Below are positions 9,803 to 21,152 of a stretch of 64,000 nucleotides of DNA, one piece after another. Source of the stretch: an uncultured Methanoregulaceae archaeon (GTDB lineage: Archaea > Halobacteriota > Methanomicrobia > Methanomicrobiales > Methanospirillaceae); NCBI GenBank assembly GCA_963705255.1, contig OY970061.1, forward strand, positions 512,001 through 576,000, in the 5' to 3' direction. The notes under the pieces were generated by a model, which searched no databases, was not told where the DNA came from, and saw nothing but the letters and a program-made list of their open reading frames with translations. A program made the translations under genes and the position numbers. Every line of letters starts with the position of its first letter. Position 1 is the stretch's first letter.

Positions 9803-9915
9803 GGTGAGAGATAGTCCCATTCCCTGTTTTCAAAAAATGAAAGATAGTATCAGGACCGGATAGTGCAGGGAGGCATATCCGGGAGAGACCCGGGTTCTGT
9901 GAATGTCTCCGGGAA

Positions 9916-12233
9916 TCAATCGTACTTCCGGAACAGCGCCGGGTTCTGCCTCCGGATCCACCAGCGCCGGATCAGGAGGATGGCAACCGCGATGAGGATG
10001 ATAACCGCGATGGCGATCGCGAGGGTCATCAGCGGAAAACCCTCTTCCGGCAGCGGTGCCGGGGCAGGGAGCGGTGATGTGGCTGCCGGGTGAATGAGAT
10101 CCGCTCCCGTTATGACCGGCGTTGCAGGTACGGGAACCGTGGTTACAGCCGGGGATACCATTCCACTCGTTACGGCAGCGTTCGGGGTGTCTCCTGTCGC
10201 GTTCAGCCTGCCTGCAATCGCAAAGTAGCAGAAGCCGGGAGTGGTTGCACCATAGTAGTTCAGGTCTCCTGCGGTGTGATCCAGCCGGGTCGGGAGCTCC
10301 TGCCACCCGTTGTCATGATTCCGGAGCATGACGACATCACCCGGAGCGAGCCCGTGCCCGGCAAGCCACGCACTGCTGACCGTGAACTGGATATCCGCGT
10401 GGTCAACCGAGGATTCCGGGTTGACCCAGTTGAGATCGATGCGCTGGTATCCGGCAACCTCACGCCCGCTGATCTGTAAGGCCGGGCCGGGAGTTACCTG
10501 CTGGACCATGAGCTCTGACTCACCGATATTTATGGACGGGTACAGGGTGACTGACTGCACGCTCACGGTATTCCCGGATGACGGGGGAGCAAACCCGAAG
10601 GTGACCGGGCTTCCCGCCGACGCTGCCTTGCCATAGGCGGTCTGCACCCCTCCCGAGGGGGAACTGCCCGAGTCCATGGGCGAGGGCGTCGGTGGAGGGA
10701 CCACCCTAACGCTGAACGAAGCACTGGTTCCCGGAACGGTGTTTCCCAGCGTATCCATACCGACAAGGCTGACCTGGTAGGTACCAAGGGTCGTCAGGGT
10801 GGTGAACTCGGACCCGAACTCGAAGAGCGAGTTATACCGCGTCGTGCTCCCGGGCGTGAAGTACCGGGAGAGATTGACGTCATGGGACGCGGTGAGGACC
10901 GTTCCGCCGCTTGAATTCGTAATGGTATAGGCGATCTGGGAGGTCCGGTTGCTGATCGAGTAACCAGTAGGGTGCCGAAGTTGTCGTCACGGCCGATGCG
11001 ATCGGCTTCGTGACTCCGAAGACGATGAACTCCTGCCCCTGGGTGATGGTAACGCCACCGGACAGGTCCGTGTAGACCGTCTTTTGCGCGGTATCGTTCG
11101 GGTCATAGAGGTTCTCGTAGCTCGAAGGGGGGATAGAGCGGACCTCGACCCGGGTGAGGGCGAGCCGGTTCGCGCCGGTAAAGGGTGTGATCGCAGACGC
11201 AATGTTCCGGGAGGTTCCGCTCGTGTCTACGTATTTTAAAAAGGGTTCCCCGTTGCTGTAATAGAGGAATGTCGTATTCGGCGAATCCTGAAGGTTGTAC
11301 TTCAGGATCGGGGCCAGTTCGACCGAGTAGGTCTGTACTGGCGGAATTGATGTTGTACAGGAACATCGTGTTATTGGCGACGGCAATGGTATCGAGAACC
11401 GTCCCGCTGAGGTCGTTCACCACCTCGATCCCGTTGTTGGGGTACGCCCGGAAAACGAAATTGGACCAGTTCGACCCGCCATCCGAGAAATAGCCGGGGA
11501 ATGCGTCGAAATACGTCCGGAGGTTGTGCTGGATGGCATAGCTGATGCGGGCATTCTTGTTGTCGGGCGGGCGGTTCGTGCCGAGCGCGGTATTGGTGAT
11601 CCCGAACGTGATGTTCTCGGTGATGTTCTCGCCGTTGAGCGTTCCGGAAAGGCCGGTCACGAGAATCGTGTAATCCCCGGCGGTCAGGTTCTGGAGGGTT
11701 GTCCCGGAACTGTCCTTGTAGGTCGTGTTGTAGGTCTGGGTGACTCCTCCGAGGACAAGCCCTGCATAATACCGGTCCGTCACCACGACTTTGTTGTTGG
11801 GATCGGTGAAGCCGCTCCCGTCCGGGTTGATCACGATATCGGGGACATACCCCCCGCCCACCGTAACGCCGTTGACGAAGGAGAAGTCGAGGCAGCTCCG
11901 GTTCGTGGTTCCGCTCACCGGATCGACATGGCTCTGGATCTGGCGCAGGGGAAGGCCGGTGCAGACGGTCCCGGTGCAGGAGGCTGCAGGGAACAGCCGG
12001 ATCATCACGTCGCCGGGGGTCGCGAGCGGGGAGTTCGGGAAGATACCATAGACATAGAAGTCCCGCATCTCGGCAAAGCTCGTCTCGTTCACGCTCGGCT
12101 GGGTGATGGCGAGATCATTTGCTGCGTGAACTGACGGGATCAGGAAAAAGATGATGAAAACCAGAAAAAACCCGGTGGACGCCTTCACAGAAATCCGGTT
12201 GAGATAGAGAGTGATATATTTTGTGAAATGCAC
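9916..12233 (-). CDS. Large cell-surface protein with PGF-pre-PGF-like domain, split by two indels
   Basis: Signal peptide from GTG at 12233. Three consecutive frames with breaks near 11335 and 10940. C-terminal A.I.FTV...WL...V.MLR....W.ELPT...ATTPGF.YFAI, then TM and RRWWIRRQNPALFRKYD. Confidence 0.75.
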
Positions 12234-12710
12234 TTCCCTCTCGGAACCGGGCTGAGGCGATTCCCGATCGCGGTACGTGCCTTCACGATACGCGGGCAGC
12301 ACCTGTTCCGGTACGGTTGGGGGGGCTGTCTTCGCCCGATAACCTGCTGCTGATGTTTCACCGTGCCTTCACAAGCGAACCGGCGACACTCCCCGCTCAC
12401 GATTCAGAACCCGGGCTTTCACCAGCCCGGTTCAGGACAGGGAGGGTACGATCAGGAAATTCCGGAATACCCGTCAGGATTTTAACCGACATGGATTCCG
12501 GTGCTGTACATCGTGTAAGGTATCCGGTCGCGGCCCGGGAACCATTGCGGTGGAGCCGGACCCTCTCTGATGGGCAGAACAGGAGATAAGGATTTCAGGG
12601 AAAAGCACGTAATCCGGCCCGGTTGTCCCTGACACGGTCCCTCCATGTACTAACGCGGGCGTCCGGGGGAGATTGCAAACTCTTTTCACCCTGCACCCGG
12701 ATTGTGATAT

Positions 12711-14409
12711 ATGCATCCGCCCCCTCCCCTCCCGTCTCTTCCCCGTCGCTCGCCCGGGATCTTTTTTCTTGCCGTTCTCCTCGTCTCCCTCGTGCTCGCC
12801 ACCACCCTGGCACTTCCGGTCTCCGCGCAGGTCACCGGCGGGGGATCGCTCCTCGCGAATGAAGAGCTGACCTCCCGGTACTTCGATGCAATCCGGGACA
12901 ACCCGGCAGAACTCCGGGCGTTTTTTGCGGATATGCCAAAGGGCGGCGACCTCCACACCCACATCAACGGGGCGGTTTACACGGAGACCCTCATCGATCT
13001 CGCCGCTGCCCAGGGTCTCTGCGTCGTTCCCTCCGACGGCACGGTCTTCCCGCCTCCCTGCAGCGGAAGCGGGACGGTGCCGGTCCGGGAGGCGTACCGG
13101 AACGCGACACTCTACCAGAACCTGATCGACTCCTGGTCGCTCCGCGGCTATACTCCGGTCACCATGTCGGCCTACGACAGGTTTTTCCTCGTGGTCTTCC
13201 CTAAGATCGGCCTCATAACGAGGAACGCGAGCCCGGTCCTGAGTGCCGACAGGTCGGAAGCCGCGGTGCAGAACATCCAGTATATGGAGACCATACTCCA
13301 GGTCCGCGATGAGACCGGCCGCGCAAACGCGCTCGCATCCTCTCTCGGCTATGACAGCAATCTCAGCCGGTTCCGGGAGAACCTCCTGGCAGCGGGTCTC
13401 GGGAATATCGCACAGAATGCAACGCTGGCGCTTGCGGATCTCTCCCGCTCCTCGGACGAGGCCCTCCGGTGCGGAACCGCAGGAGCGGATCCCGGCTGCA
13501 ACGTCACGGTCCGGTACCTGTACCAGGCGTCACGCACCCTGCCCAAGGAGAACGTGTTTGCGCAGCTCCTCCTCGGGTTCGAGGTGGTGAACCGCTCCCC
13601 GCTTGCCGTGGGCGTCAATATTGTCGGGGCAGAGGACGATTATACCGCCCGCACCGATTACTCCCTCCACATGGAGATGGTGGGGTACCTCAGGTCCGTC
13701 TATCCCGCCGTGAACGTCACCCTCCATGCGGGCGAACTCGCCCCCGGGCTCGTACCGCCCCGGGATCTCCGGTCCCATATCCGGGAAGCGGTCGTAACCG
13801 CAGGGGCGCAGAGGATCGGGCACGCGGTCGACATCGCCTCCGAGGAAAGGTCATCGGATACGATCCGGCTGATGGCGAGCAGGCATATCGCGGTCGAGGT
13901 CCTGCTGGTCAGCAATGCGGAACTGCTCGGGGTAGAGGGAGGAGCACACCCCTTCCCGCTCTATATCGAGAACGGTGTCCCCGTCGTGCTTGCCACGGAT
14001 GACGAGGGCATCGAGCGGACCGATCTTACGGAGCAGTTCGTGATTGCGGCCGGGAGCTGACCCGGAGGTGACCTACCGCGACCTGAAGCAGTGCGTGAGA
14101 AATAGCCTGGAATATTCATTCCTGCGCGGCGGGAGCCTCTGGGCCGGGACCGGGGAGTATTCGCGGACTGTTTCCCCCTGTTCCGGAGACGTTCCCGGTT
14201 CATCCGACCCGTCGGCGGGATGCAGCGCGTACCTCGGGAGCAATGAAAAAGCCCGGATGCAATGGCAGCTTGAGCGAAATCTTGCGGACTTTGAGGAGCA
14301 AATCGCATCGAACCCTCCGGTACCTACGCAGGCCGGCATGGGCCGGCAGTCATGGCTCCTCCCGGCCATGTACTACCAGGGATCTTTCCACCCGTTCTCT
14401 CTCGTGTAG
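12711..14409 (+). CDS. Secreted adenosine deaminase-family protein, with a +1 indel near 14058
   Basis: Signal peptide; MPKGGDLHTH, TLHAGEL, RIGHA, LATDDEG; continues as PEVTYRDLK..RNSLEYSFL in the next frame. Confidence 0.85.
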
Positions 14410-14550
14410 GAGTCTTCAGTCCGGGCCTGAACCTCAACGCCTTTTAGGTAAGAGAACGCTCCCGGTATCGTTTCAAAAAGTGTTTCAAATTTTGGTTTTC
14501 AGGTAACTGCCTATAAACCCCATCTTCACATGCTTTTGTGGAGATTCAAA

Positions 14551-14976
14551 ATGTCCGCTACAAACAGTCAAGCAACCTGTATCGCAATCAGGACACTACG
14601 GCCGGAACAATTCCACCAGACCGCGGGAGACTTCCTCTCACAGGCCTTCCCGGACAAGGCAGGCACCGGGATGCCGGGCCGGGTTGGCGACCGGTTCCGG
14701 TCGGCCGGGATCGATATCAGCCCTGAGGAATCCAGCGAACTCGATATCTTCGATGAGTTCCTGGCGAGCCATGTGCAGCCGAACCGGATCTGCGATGTCC
14801 AGTGCATGCTGCTCTGGAGCGAATGGGTCCGGACCTTCCGGCGCCGGGCGCCCGGGTTCCCGAACCTGATCCGGGAGAACGAGTTCCGCAGTGTCATCAC
14901 GGACACGTTCGGCATCGAGATCGCGGATGACGGATTCCGGGGTAAAGTGTACCCCGGCATCCGGTTCGTCCCGTGA
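14551..14976 (+). CDS. Hypothetical protein resembling the C-terminal winged helix of D5-like primase/helicases
   Basis: IFDEFLASHV...LLWSEW...ENEFRSVI...G.....RGKVYPGIRF pattern, recognised by eye only. Confidence 0.5.
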   Translation: MSATNSQATCIAIRTLRPEQFHQTAGDFLSQAFPDKAGTGMPGRVGDRFRSAGIDISPEESSELDIFDEFLASHVQPNRICDVQCMLLWSEWVRTFRRRAPGFPNLIRENEFRSVITDTFGIEIADDGFRGKVYPGIRFVP

Positions 14977-15614
14977 CTGCGTTCTCTGACTGCCGGTCCT
15001 GTGCCGTGCCTGTCGAGAGAAAGAGATGAATCCTTTTTAGCAAACAGTTGGACCGGACTAGGTAACAGATAGTTATGTGACACCCCTGGGTCTGGGGGTC
15101 AAGTGGGTTGCAAAGGTCACTATGGTCGGGGGTCTGGGGGGGGTCGGATGGGTACATTCCATCCGGCACGAAACGAGGGTGACCGGGATGATGCCGTCGT
15201 AATTTTCCGCTTTTTCCGGCACGGCTTAGGCTGCGAAAATACAAATGTACCTGCCCGACCCCCCTCTGCTGCATCCGGTTTTTGGGCAAAATTGAACATA
15301 TTTTACACCGTTGTACTGAGAGAATCATGGGCTTGTGGGTGGGAAGGGGTCGGGTGGGGACAAATGGAATCTGCGCCGGGATCGTTGTCCTGGAGCAGTG
15401 GTTTGCACGCAAAAATGACCCGAAGACTAGCTTTGCCGAACTGAATTATCCATTCCATAACAGTATAAAAAATCAGGATTATATGATCGCGTAATATTTT
15501 CTGTCCCTCATAAATCCAATTTAATTTTACATTTTGTGAGGGGCAGAGATTTTTGAATGGATTAAATAAATAAACATACATAATTAGACACTACAAAATG
15601 TCGATCAGTAAATT

Positions 15615-17741
15615 ATGAATTCTATTGAAGGGGAAACGGAATTTGATTTCATAAAAATGGTAAGTGACGCTCAAAAGGAATGCAATGATATTAAAAATAA
15701 ACTGGAAGAAAAAATTAATTCAAAAAATAAACTGGAAATTTTATCAAGGATTTCTCTACTGACACAAACCCGCCCAAATGGAACTTCATACTCAGAATAT
15801 TATGGCACTCTTTCTGACACAGCCTGTATGCCTTTTATTGTTGGATTATCTCTAAAAAAAGAAACAATTTGTGGACTAGAACCCTCTTTTGAAGATATTG
15901 AAGATATTTTGAATTTATTGGATTCATATTTTAATAAATATGGACTTTCATTGCACCCCATTTCAAAAAATTCAGATAACAGAGAGGATATAATATACTC
16001 AGCAAGGATTCATGGATTAATCGGACAAATAAATCCAGAGAAATATCCGTTTCAGATATTAGAATTACTAAGAAAAACATTTGGACATTTGGATGATTAT
16101 TTCAAAAAGAAGTATGGATTTACTGTAAATGATGCAATTTTTTTTGGACAATTGATCGAAGATCATTATGTCAATAATGTGAATCAAAGGAAGAGAGGTG
16201 TTCAAAAAGAAGAATTAAAAGAGGAAGAAAAGAGTCGGATATTTTATTCAAAAATACGAGAAATAATCGAAATATCTCCTGAAAAATTTTGCGAGGACAA
16301 CCACATAGAAGATCCTGAAACATTTGGAAAATATTTATCCACACTCTCTTGCAATTTTGGTGAAGGAAATGAAAAATACGATTCTCCTTTAGATGATAAC
16401 CTCATTTTTAATAAACCGTTGATACACAATAAAGGAAAATACTACTCATTTATTCCATTAGATTTGATCCAAAAATTACCTTCTATTTTTGAAGATTTAT
16501 TATATAAAGAAAAAATTGCAAATTCTAAAAATTGGCAGAGATACAAGGAAACCAAGTCAAAATATACTGAAACCAAAGTTCATGAAGGCATTTCAAAAAT
16601 TTTTCCCGAAAGAGATATTTTTAGAAATTTGTTTTATAAATACAACGGAACTCCGTTTGAAGTTGATCATATTATCCAATATTGTAACAACGTAATCGTT
16701 ATCGAATCAAAATCCGGAAATTTTTCACTTTCCGCAAAAAGAGGCGGATTGGAAAGAATAAAAACAGACCTAAAACGTTTAGTCTGTGATGCACATTCTC
16801 AAGCTTTACGAGTAAAAGATTTTATAATATCTAGAAAAAGTGCAGAATTTAAAGATTCTAGTAAAAATGTGGTTTTAAAGATCGAATATAAGGAAAACGA
16901 TACTAATTTTATTTTGATCAATGTTACCTTGGAGCCTCTTCATAGTTTTTCGAGCAATTTAAAACGTTTAGAAAATTTGGGGATATTTTCAAAATATGAT
17001 TATCCTTGGTCTGTTAGTCTTTTTGAATTGGAAATTATAACAAAATTTTTGAATTCTCCAGCAATTTTTATTCACTATATAGAAAGACGGTTGAAAGCAC
17101 AAGAACAGAATAACTTTTCGACATATGATGAGTTGAGCTTTTTAGGCCTGTATTTAGAGAAAGGGAATTTTGATTTCTCTACAAAAAATGGTAAAAAACT
17201 TGACATGATCTCGCTTAATCCCGAGTTCTTAGCAGATTTTGACAATCATTATCTCCTAGGAAAAGAAGCTCCTCAACTAAAAATTGAAAAAGAAATTAGA
17301 ACAATCATAACCGAACTGGAGAAATTGAGACCAGATAACTTTACAAAAATAACAAATGTCCTATTAGATTTGAATCATGAAAGTAGGACGAATTTCATAA
17401 TGTGTCTAAAAAAAGTTATATCAGATACACAAATTGACGGCAGACGTCATGATTTTAGTTTTGTTGTCGAACCAAAAAAGATTGGGATCACCGTTTTCTC
17501 TCAAGTTGGAAGAGAAAATTTGTTAAACCATCTCGCCTCATTTTGCGAATTGAAAAAATATCAGATTAAATCTGATTCTTGGATAGGATTAGGAATTGAT
17601 ATTTTAGACTCTGATTACTTTGTTAATGAATATTATTTCGATGATGAAAAATGGAGAAAAGAGCCAAGGAAAGAGAAATTGCTAAAGTGGGTTTATGATA
17701 ACAAAATACTCCGACCAAATCCCGACTTTATTTTAAAATAA
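15615..17741 (+). CDS. AT-rich 708-aa protein with NERD-like PD-(D/E)xK nuclease motif
   Basis: FEVDHIIQYCNNVIVIESKS followed by DAHSQALR; markedly AT-rich compared with flanks; ends 40 bp from the tRNA-Gly 3' end. Confidence 0.7.
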   Translation: MNSIEGETEFDFIKMVSDAQKECNDIKNKLEEKINSKNKLEILSRISLLTQTRPNGTSYSEYYGTLSDTACMPFIVGLSLKKETICGLEPSFEDIEDILNLLDSYFNKYGLSLHPISKNSDNREDIIYSARIHGLIGQINPEKYPFQILELLRKTFGHLDDYFKKKYGFTVNDAIFFGQLIEDHYVNNVNQRKRGVQKEELKEEEKSRIFYSKIREIIEISPEKFCEDNHIEDPETFGKYLSTLSCNFGEGNEKYDSPLDDNLIFNKPLIHNKGKYYSFIPLDLIQKLPSIFEDLLYKEKIANSKNWQRYKETKSKYTETKVHEGISKIFPERDIFRNLFYKYNGTPFEVDHIIQYCNNVIVIESKSGNFSLSAKRGGLERIKTDLKRLVCDAHSQALRVKDFIISRKSAEFKDSSKNVVLKIEYKENDTNFILINVTLEPLHSFSSNLKRLENLGIFSKYDYPWSVSLFELEIITKFLNSPAIFIHYIERRLKAQEQNNFSTYDELSFLGLYLEKGNFDFSTKNGKKLDMISLNPEFLADFDNHYLLGKEAPQLKIEKEIRTIITELEKLRPDNFTKITNVLLDLNHESRTNFIMCLKKVISDTQIDGRRHDFSFVVEPKKIGITVFSQVGRENLLNHLASFCELKKYQIKSDSWIGLGIDILDSDYFVNEYYFDDEKWRKEPRKEKLLKWVYDNKILRPNPDFILK

Positions 17742-17781
17742 CGCGACGTCTAGACCATCAAACTTCAAATCAGAAAAAGAA

Positions 17782-17853
17782 TGCGCCGACCGGGACTCGA
17801 ACCCGGGTTTAGGCGTTGGCAACGCCTAGTGATAACCACTACACTATCGGCGC
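17782..17853 (-). tRNA. tRNA-Gly (GCC)
   Basis: Minus strand GCGCCGATAGTGTAGTGGTTATCACTAGGCGTTGCCAACGCCTAAACCCGGGTTCGAGTCCCGGTCGGCGCA: full cloverleaf, anticodon GCC, no intron. Confidence 0.98.
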
Positions 17854-18004
17854 AGTGTGCTCTACAATGTGGGAATTCAAACAATTTAAGTATATCGAAG
17901 GGAAGGACGGCGCTGGATGGGTTCCCGTTCCCTTCCTGCAGACCCGGTGCCACAAGCATTATCTTTTCCACCCCTCTATTAAATGATAACCGAGCCGGTT
18001 TTTT

Positions 18005-18208
18005 ATGTCCGCAATCAAGACAAATGCTGTTTACAAGGATGGCACACTGGTACTGGATGCTCCGATAAACCTGCCGGATCAAACCCGTGTGGAAGTCGTG
18101 ATCCGGAAAAAATTTTCAGCATTCGTCAAAAAATTCGGGGAACCGGAGGCAAAGGCTGATGCCGATCGCCTCCTGGCGAAGAACCGGAGAAGAATCAGGA
18201 ATGGCTGA
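18005..18208 (+). CDS. AF2212/DUF104-like antitoxin
   Basis: AVYKDGTLVLDAPINLPDQTRVEV motif; overlaps the PIN gene start. Confidence 0.8.
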   Translation: MSAIKTNAVYKDGTLVLDAPINLPDQTRVEVVIRKKFSAFVKKFGEPEAKADADRLLAKNRRRIRNG

Positions 18209-18677
18209 TATCTCCTCCTGCGTCGTGGACACATCGGTGATCATCAAGGCACTCTTCTCACCTTCCCGGCGGCATGCGGGAACTACGTATTCCCGTGAGA
18301 TGAAGACGCACAAAACCTGTGTCAACCTGCTTTCCGTACTCGATGAACGGGGAACGGAGTTCTTCCTCCCCCGTTGCGGCATCATCGAAATTGCCGCGGT
18401 ATCGGGCAGGCTTGCAGATCCCCATGGTGCAGAAGAGATCTGTAATGAGATCGAATCCAGTTATACGATCGTCCCTGAGGAACAGATAATAACAACCGCG
18501 AAAATCATCGCGTTGTCTGAAGGATGTCCGGGATTCGACACCTATTTTATTGCCCTTGCGGAACAGGAATCCCTCCCGCTTTTCACTGACGACCTGGGAA
18601 TGCATCGGGTCTGCGAAAGGAGGAATGTATCCTCACGGCTGGTGCGCGAAATGGATCCGGAAATATTTCTTTCCTGA
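18201..18677 (+). CDS. vapC: PIN-domain (VapC-like) toxin
   Basis: VVDTSVIIK, EIAAV, FDTYFIALA, LFTDD acidic PIN motifs. Confidence 0.88.
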   Translation: MADISSCVVDTSVIIKALFSPSRRHAGTTYSREMKTHKTCVNLLSVLDERGTEFFLPRCGIIEIAAVSGRLADPHGAEEICNEIESSYTIVPEEQIITTAKIIALSEGCPGFDTYFIALAEQESLPLFTDDLGMHRVCERRNVSSRLVREMDPEIFLS

Positions 18678-18679
18678 AT

Positions 18680-18783
18680 TCTGTAATTGCCCGGTAGTCT
18701 CTTTTAAGAAACCCGCAAACCAATGCCGCGTTGGCGCGATTCAGAAGAAGCTCAAGAATGATATTGGTATCGACCAGGTACAT
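18680..18783 (-). pseudogene. Truncated PIN toxin (N-terminus only)
   Basis: MYLVDTNIILELLL is a PIN N-terminus; similarity is lost after about 30 codons where it runs into the convergent vapC. Confidence 0.7.
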
Positions 18784-18995
18784 CAGATACGCAACCGGGA
18801 AATGGTATGCTGGAGATCAACGGAAGTCGTTGTTTCTGCAAGGTAGGAGAGCCCGCCTGCCCAATCGAGCTTGAGCGAGCGCCTGCGGCCGGATTTTGCC
18901 CGCTCTGCAAGATGCATAACATACTCGATGACCTCTTCCTGGAGTTCCGGGGGCAACTGCCGGACTATCGGCCCGAGTGAATCGATGGACTGCAT
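18783..18995 (-). CDS. DUF2281-like antitoxin
   Basis: LPPELQEEVIEYV..L and LKLDWAGGL...TSVDLQH; stop overlaps the PIN fragment start. Confidence 0.8.
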   Translation of the reverse strand: MQSIDSLGPIVRQLPPELQEEVIEYVMHLAERAKSGRRRSLKLDWAGGLSYLAETTTSVDLQHTISRLRI

Positions 18996-19148
18996 ACAAT
19001 ACCCTTCCTTGGAACCGGATATCCTGTTTCTTCCTGTTATTGATAGTCCTGTCGGGGTGATAAAAATATCTTCGGATCCAGCCCACAACTGTCAATCCGC
19101 TTCAATTCCAACATCTTAAAGTAACGCAATCGCCCTACCTTATACCAG

Positions 19149-19775
19149 ATGATCCCTCTCTTCGTGGATTGTTCCGGCAGGCGCATCGTGATCTTCGGAG
19201 GGGGGGAGGTGGCCGCACGGAAGGCCGCCTACTTTGCCGGCAAAGCTGACGTGATCGTGGTGAGCCGCTCCTTCTCGGAGAAGTTCGACGGGATGCAGGT
19301 GACACGGCACACCCTCGACATCGGCACGGTCCCCGACGAATGGCTTGCGAATTTCATCCACGGCGCATTCCTGGTCATCGCGGCCTTGTCCGGGACCGGA
19401 CAGAACAACCGGATTGGGGGGCTGTGCAGGAGCAGGGGGATCCTGTTCAACAACGCGGACGGGGAGCCCGGGGACGTGATCCTCCCGGCGGTCAGCGGCG
19501 GCAGCGAATATAGCATCGCGATCAGCACGGACGGGAAGAGCCCGGCGGTGGCCCGCTTCCTCAGGGAGCAGATCGACCGGGGGTTCCCGGCCCTGGATGC
19601 GATGGTCCGGCTGCAGGAGCGGCTGCGGCAGGAACTGAAAACAACCGAACCCGACCAGGCGAAGCGTAACGCCATCCTCAGGGAAGTGCTGGACGACCAC
19701 GCCGTCTGGGAGTCCCTGAAGACAGATCCCGCCCGGGCGTGGGAGACGGTCAGCGGGAGGTACCTCCATGGCTGA
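19149..19775 (+). CDS. sirC: Precorrin-2 dehydrogenase/sirohydrochlorin ferrochelatase (CysG N-terminal type)
   Basis: IFGGGEVAARKA, NNAD, IAISTDGKSPAVAR; directly upstream of hemA. Confidence 0.9.
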   Translation: MIPLFVDCSGRRIVIFGGGEVAARKAAYFAGKADVIVVSRSFSEKFDGMQVTRHTLDIGTVPDEWLANFIHGAFLVIAALSGTGQNNRIGGLCRSRGILFNNADGEPGDVILPAVSGGSEYSIAISTDGKSPAVARFLREQIDRGFPALDAMVRLQERLRQELKTTEPDQAKRNAILREVLDDHAVWESLKTDPARAWETVSGRYLHG

Positions 19776-21042
19776 CCCGGCAGTCCCGCTCGCGATCGCC
19801 GGGGTCAGCCATCACACGGCCAACGTGATGACCCTCGAAGGGTTCCGGTTTGCGGACGAAGCTGAGTTCCTTGCCGCTGCACGCGAACGCTTCCGCGGCG
19901 TCATTCTGCTCCAGACCTGCAACCGGGTGGAGGTGATCGTGGAAGGCGGCCGGGAAGCCCTCGGGGAGTTCCTTCTTTGCCTCGGGCGGAAGGAGTTCTT
20001 CATCCACGACGGCAGCGGTGCCCTCCGCCACCTCTTCGCCCTCGCGTCCGGCATAGACTCGATGATTGTCGGCGAGGACCAGATCATCGGGCAGCTCCGG
20101 ACCGCGCTTACGAATGCGCAGGAAGCCGGCACGGCGAGCAGCCTCCTCGAGACCTGTCTCAACAAGGCGATCCATGTCGGCATCGAGGTGCGGAGGCGGA
20201 CGCTCATCAACCGGGGGGCAGTCTCGGTCGGGTCCGCCGCCGTCCAGCTCGCCGAGGCGGAGATCGGCACGCTTGCCGGCCGGCACATCCTCGTCGTCGG
20301 CAGCGGGGAGATGGGTCTCCTCGTGGCACAGGCGCTTGCGGCCAAGCACCTGACCGCCATGTACGTCGCCAACCGCACGTACGGGCGGGCGGTCATCCTT
20401 GCAAACAAGATCGGCGGGAAAGCCGTGCGGTTTGCCGAACTCTACCATTACATCACCCTCTCTGACGTGGTGATCTCCTGCACCTCCGCCCCCCACCCGG
20501 TCATCCACCGGAAGGAACTCGCCTGCGCCATGAAGGACCGCTGCTGGCCCACCGAGGGCCACCCGCGCCCCCTGATCCTCGTCGACATCGCCCAGCCCCG
20601 GGACGTCGAGGACGGGGCAGGGACCGTGGACGGCGTGCGCCTCTTCACCATCGACGACCTCCGCACGGTCAACGAGCAGGCCATGGGCACCCGCAGGGCC
20701 GAGGCGGAGCGGGCGCACGGGTTCGTGGAGGCGGAGCTCGCAATCTTCCTGCGCCACCTCAACCGGAAGACCGCCGACGACCTCCTCGCCACGCTCCACA
20801 CGTGGGCGGAGACCGTACGGGTGCGGGAGCGTGAACGGGCGATCGCCCGGATGGGCACGGTCGACGCAAAGACCGCCGGGATCGTTGACGACCTCACCCG
20901 GGTGCTCACCAAGAAACTCCTTACGGATGTGACCTTTGCCATCCGCTCGTGTGCCGAGGAAGGCGACCTTGCAGCTGCCGAGGCGCTGGTGAAGGCTATA
21001 ACGCAGGGCGACCGGATCGAAGGGGCCGGTAAGCTGGAGTGA
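19768..21042 (+). CDS. hemA: Glutamyl-tRNA reductase
   Basis: LQTCNRVE, GIDSMIVGEDQIIGQ, GSGEMG, ANRT, DIAQPRDV. Confidence 0.97.
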   Translation: MADPAVPLAIAGVSHHTANVMTLEGFRFADEAEFLAAARERFRGVILLQTCNRVEVIVEGGREALGEFLLCLGRKEFFIHDGSGALRHLFALASGIDSMIVGEDQIIGQLRTALTNAQEAGTASSLLETCLNKAIHVGIEVRRRTLINRGAVSVGSAAVQLAEAEIGTLAGRHILVVGSGEMGLLVAQALAAKHLTAMYVANRTYGRAVILANKIGGKAVRFAELYHYITLSDVVISCTSAPHPVIHRKELACAMKDRCWPTEGHPRPLILVDIAQPRDVEDGAGTVDGVRLFTIDDLRTVNEQAMGTRRAEAERAHGFVEAELAIFLRHLNRKTADDLLATLHTWAETVRVRERERAIARMGTVDAKTAGIVDDLTRVLTKKLLTDVTFAIRSCAEEGDLAAAEALVKAITQGDRIEGAGKLE

Positions 21043-21152
21043 GCTAAGGCATAATGCCGCTCCGGTTCCTTCTCCAGTCAATTGGGAAATTTCCTGTCCG
21101 GATTCGATTTTTGTTGTTTAGATTTGGTGAGGGGATGAGTTCACAAAATGAT

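Noticed and set aside
14058-14060. Selenocysteine or readthrough at TGA (also 23517-23519)
   Set aside because: The homologous sequence continues in a different frame, so these are indels and not in-frame stops.
15366-15385. attL/attR copy of the tRNA-Gly 3' end
   Set aside because: Only about 7 nt (TGCGCCG) match, which is expected by chance; no integrase is present.
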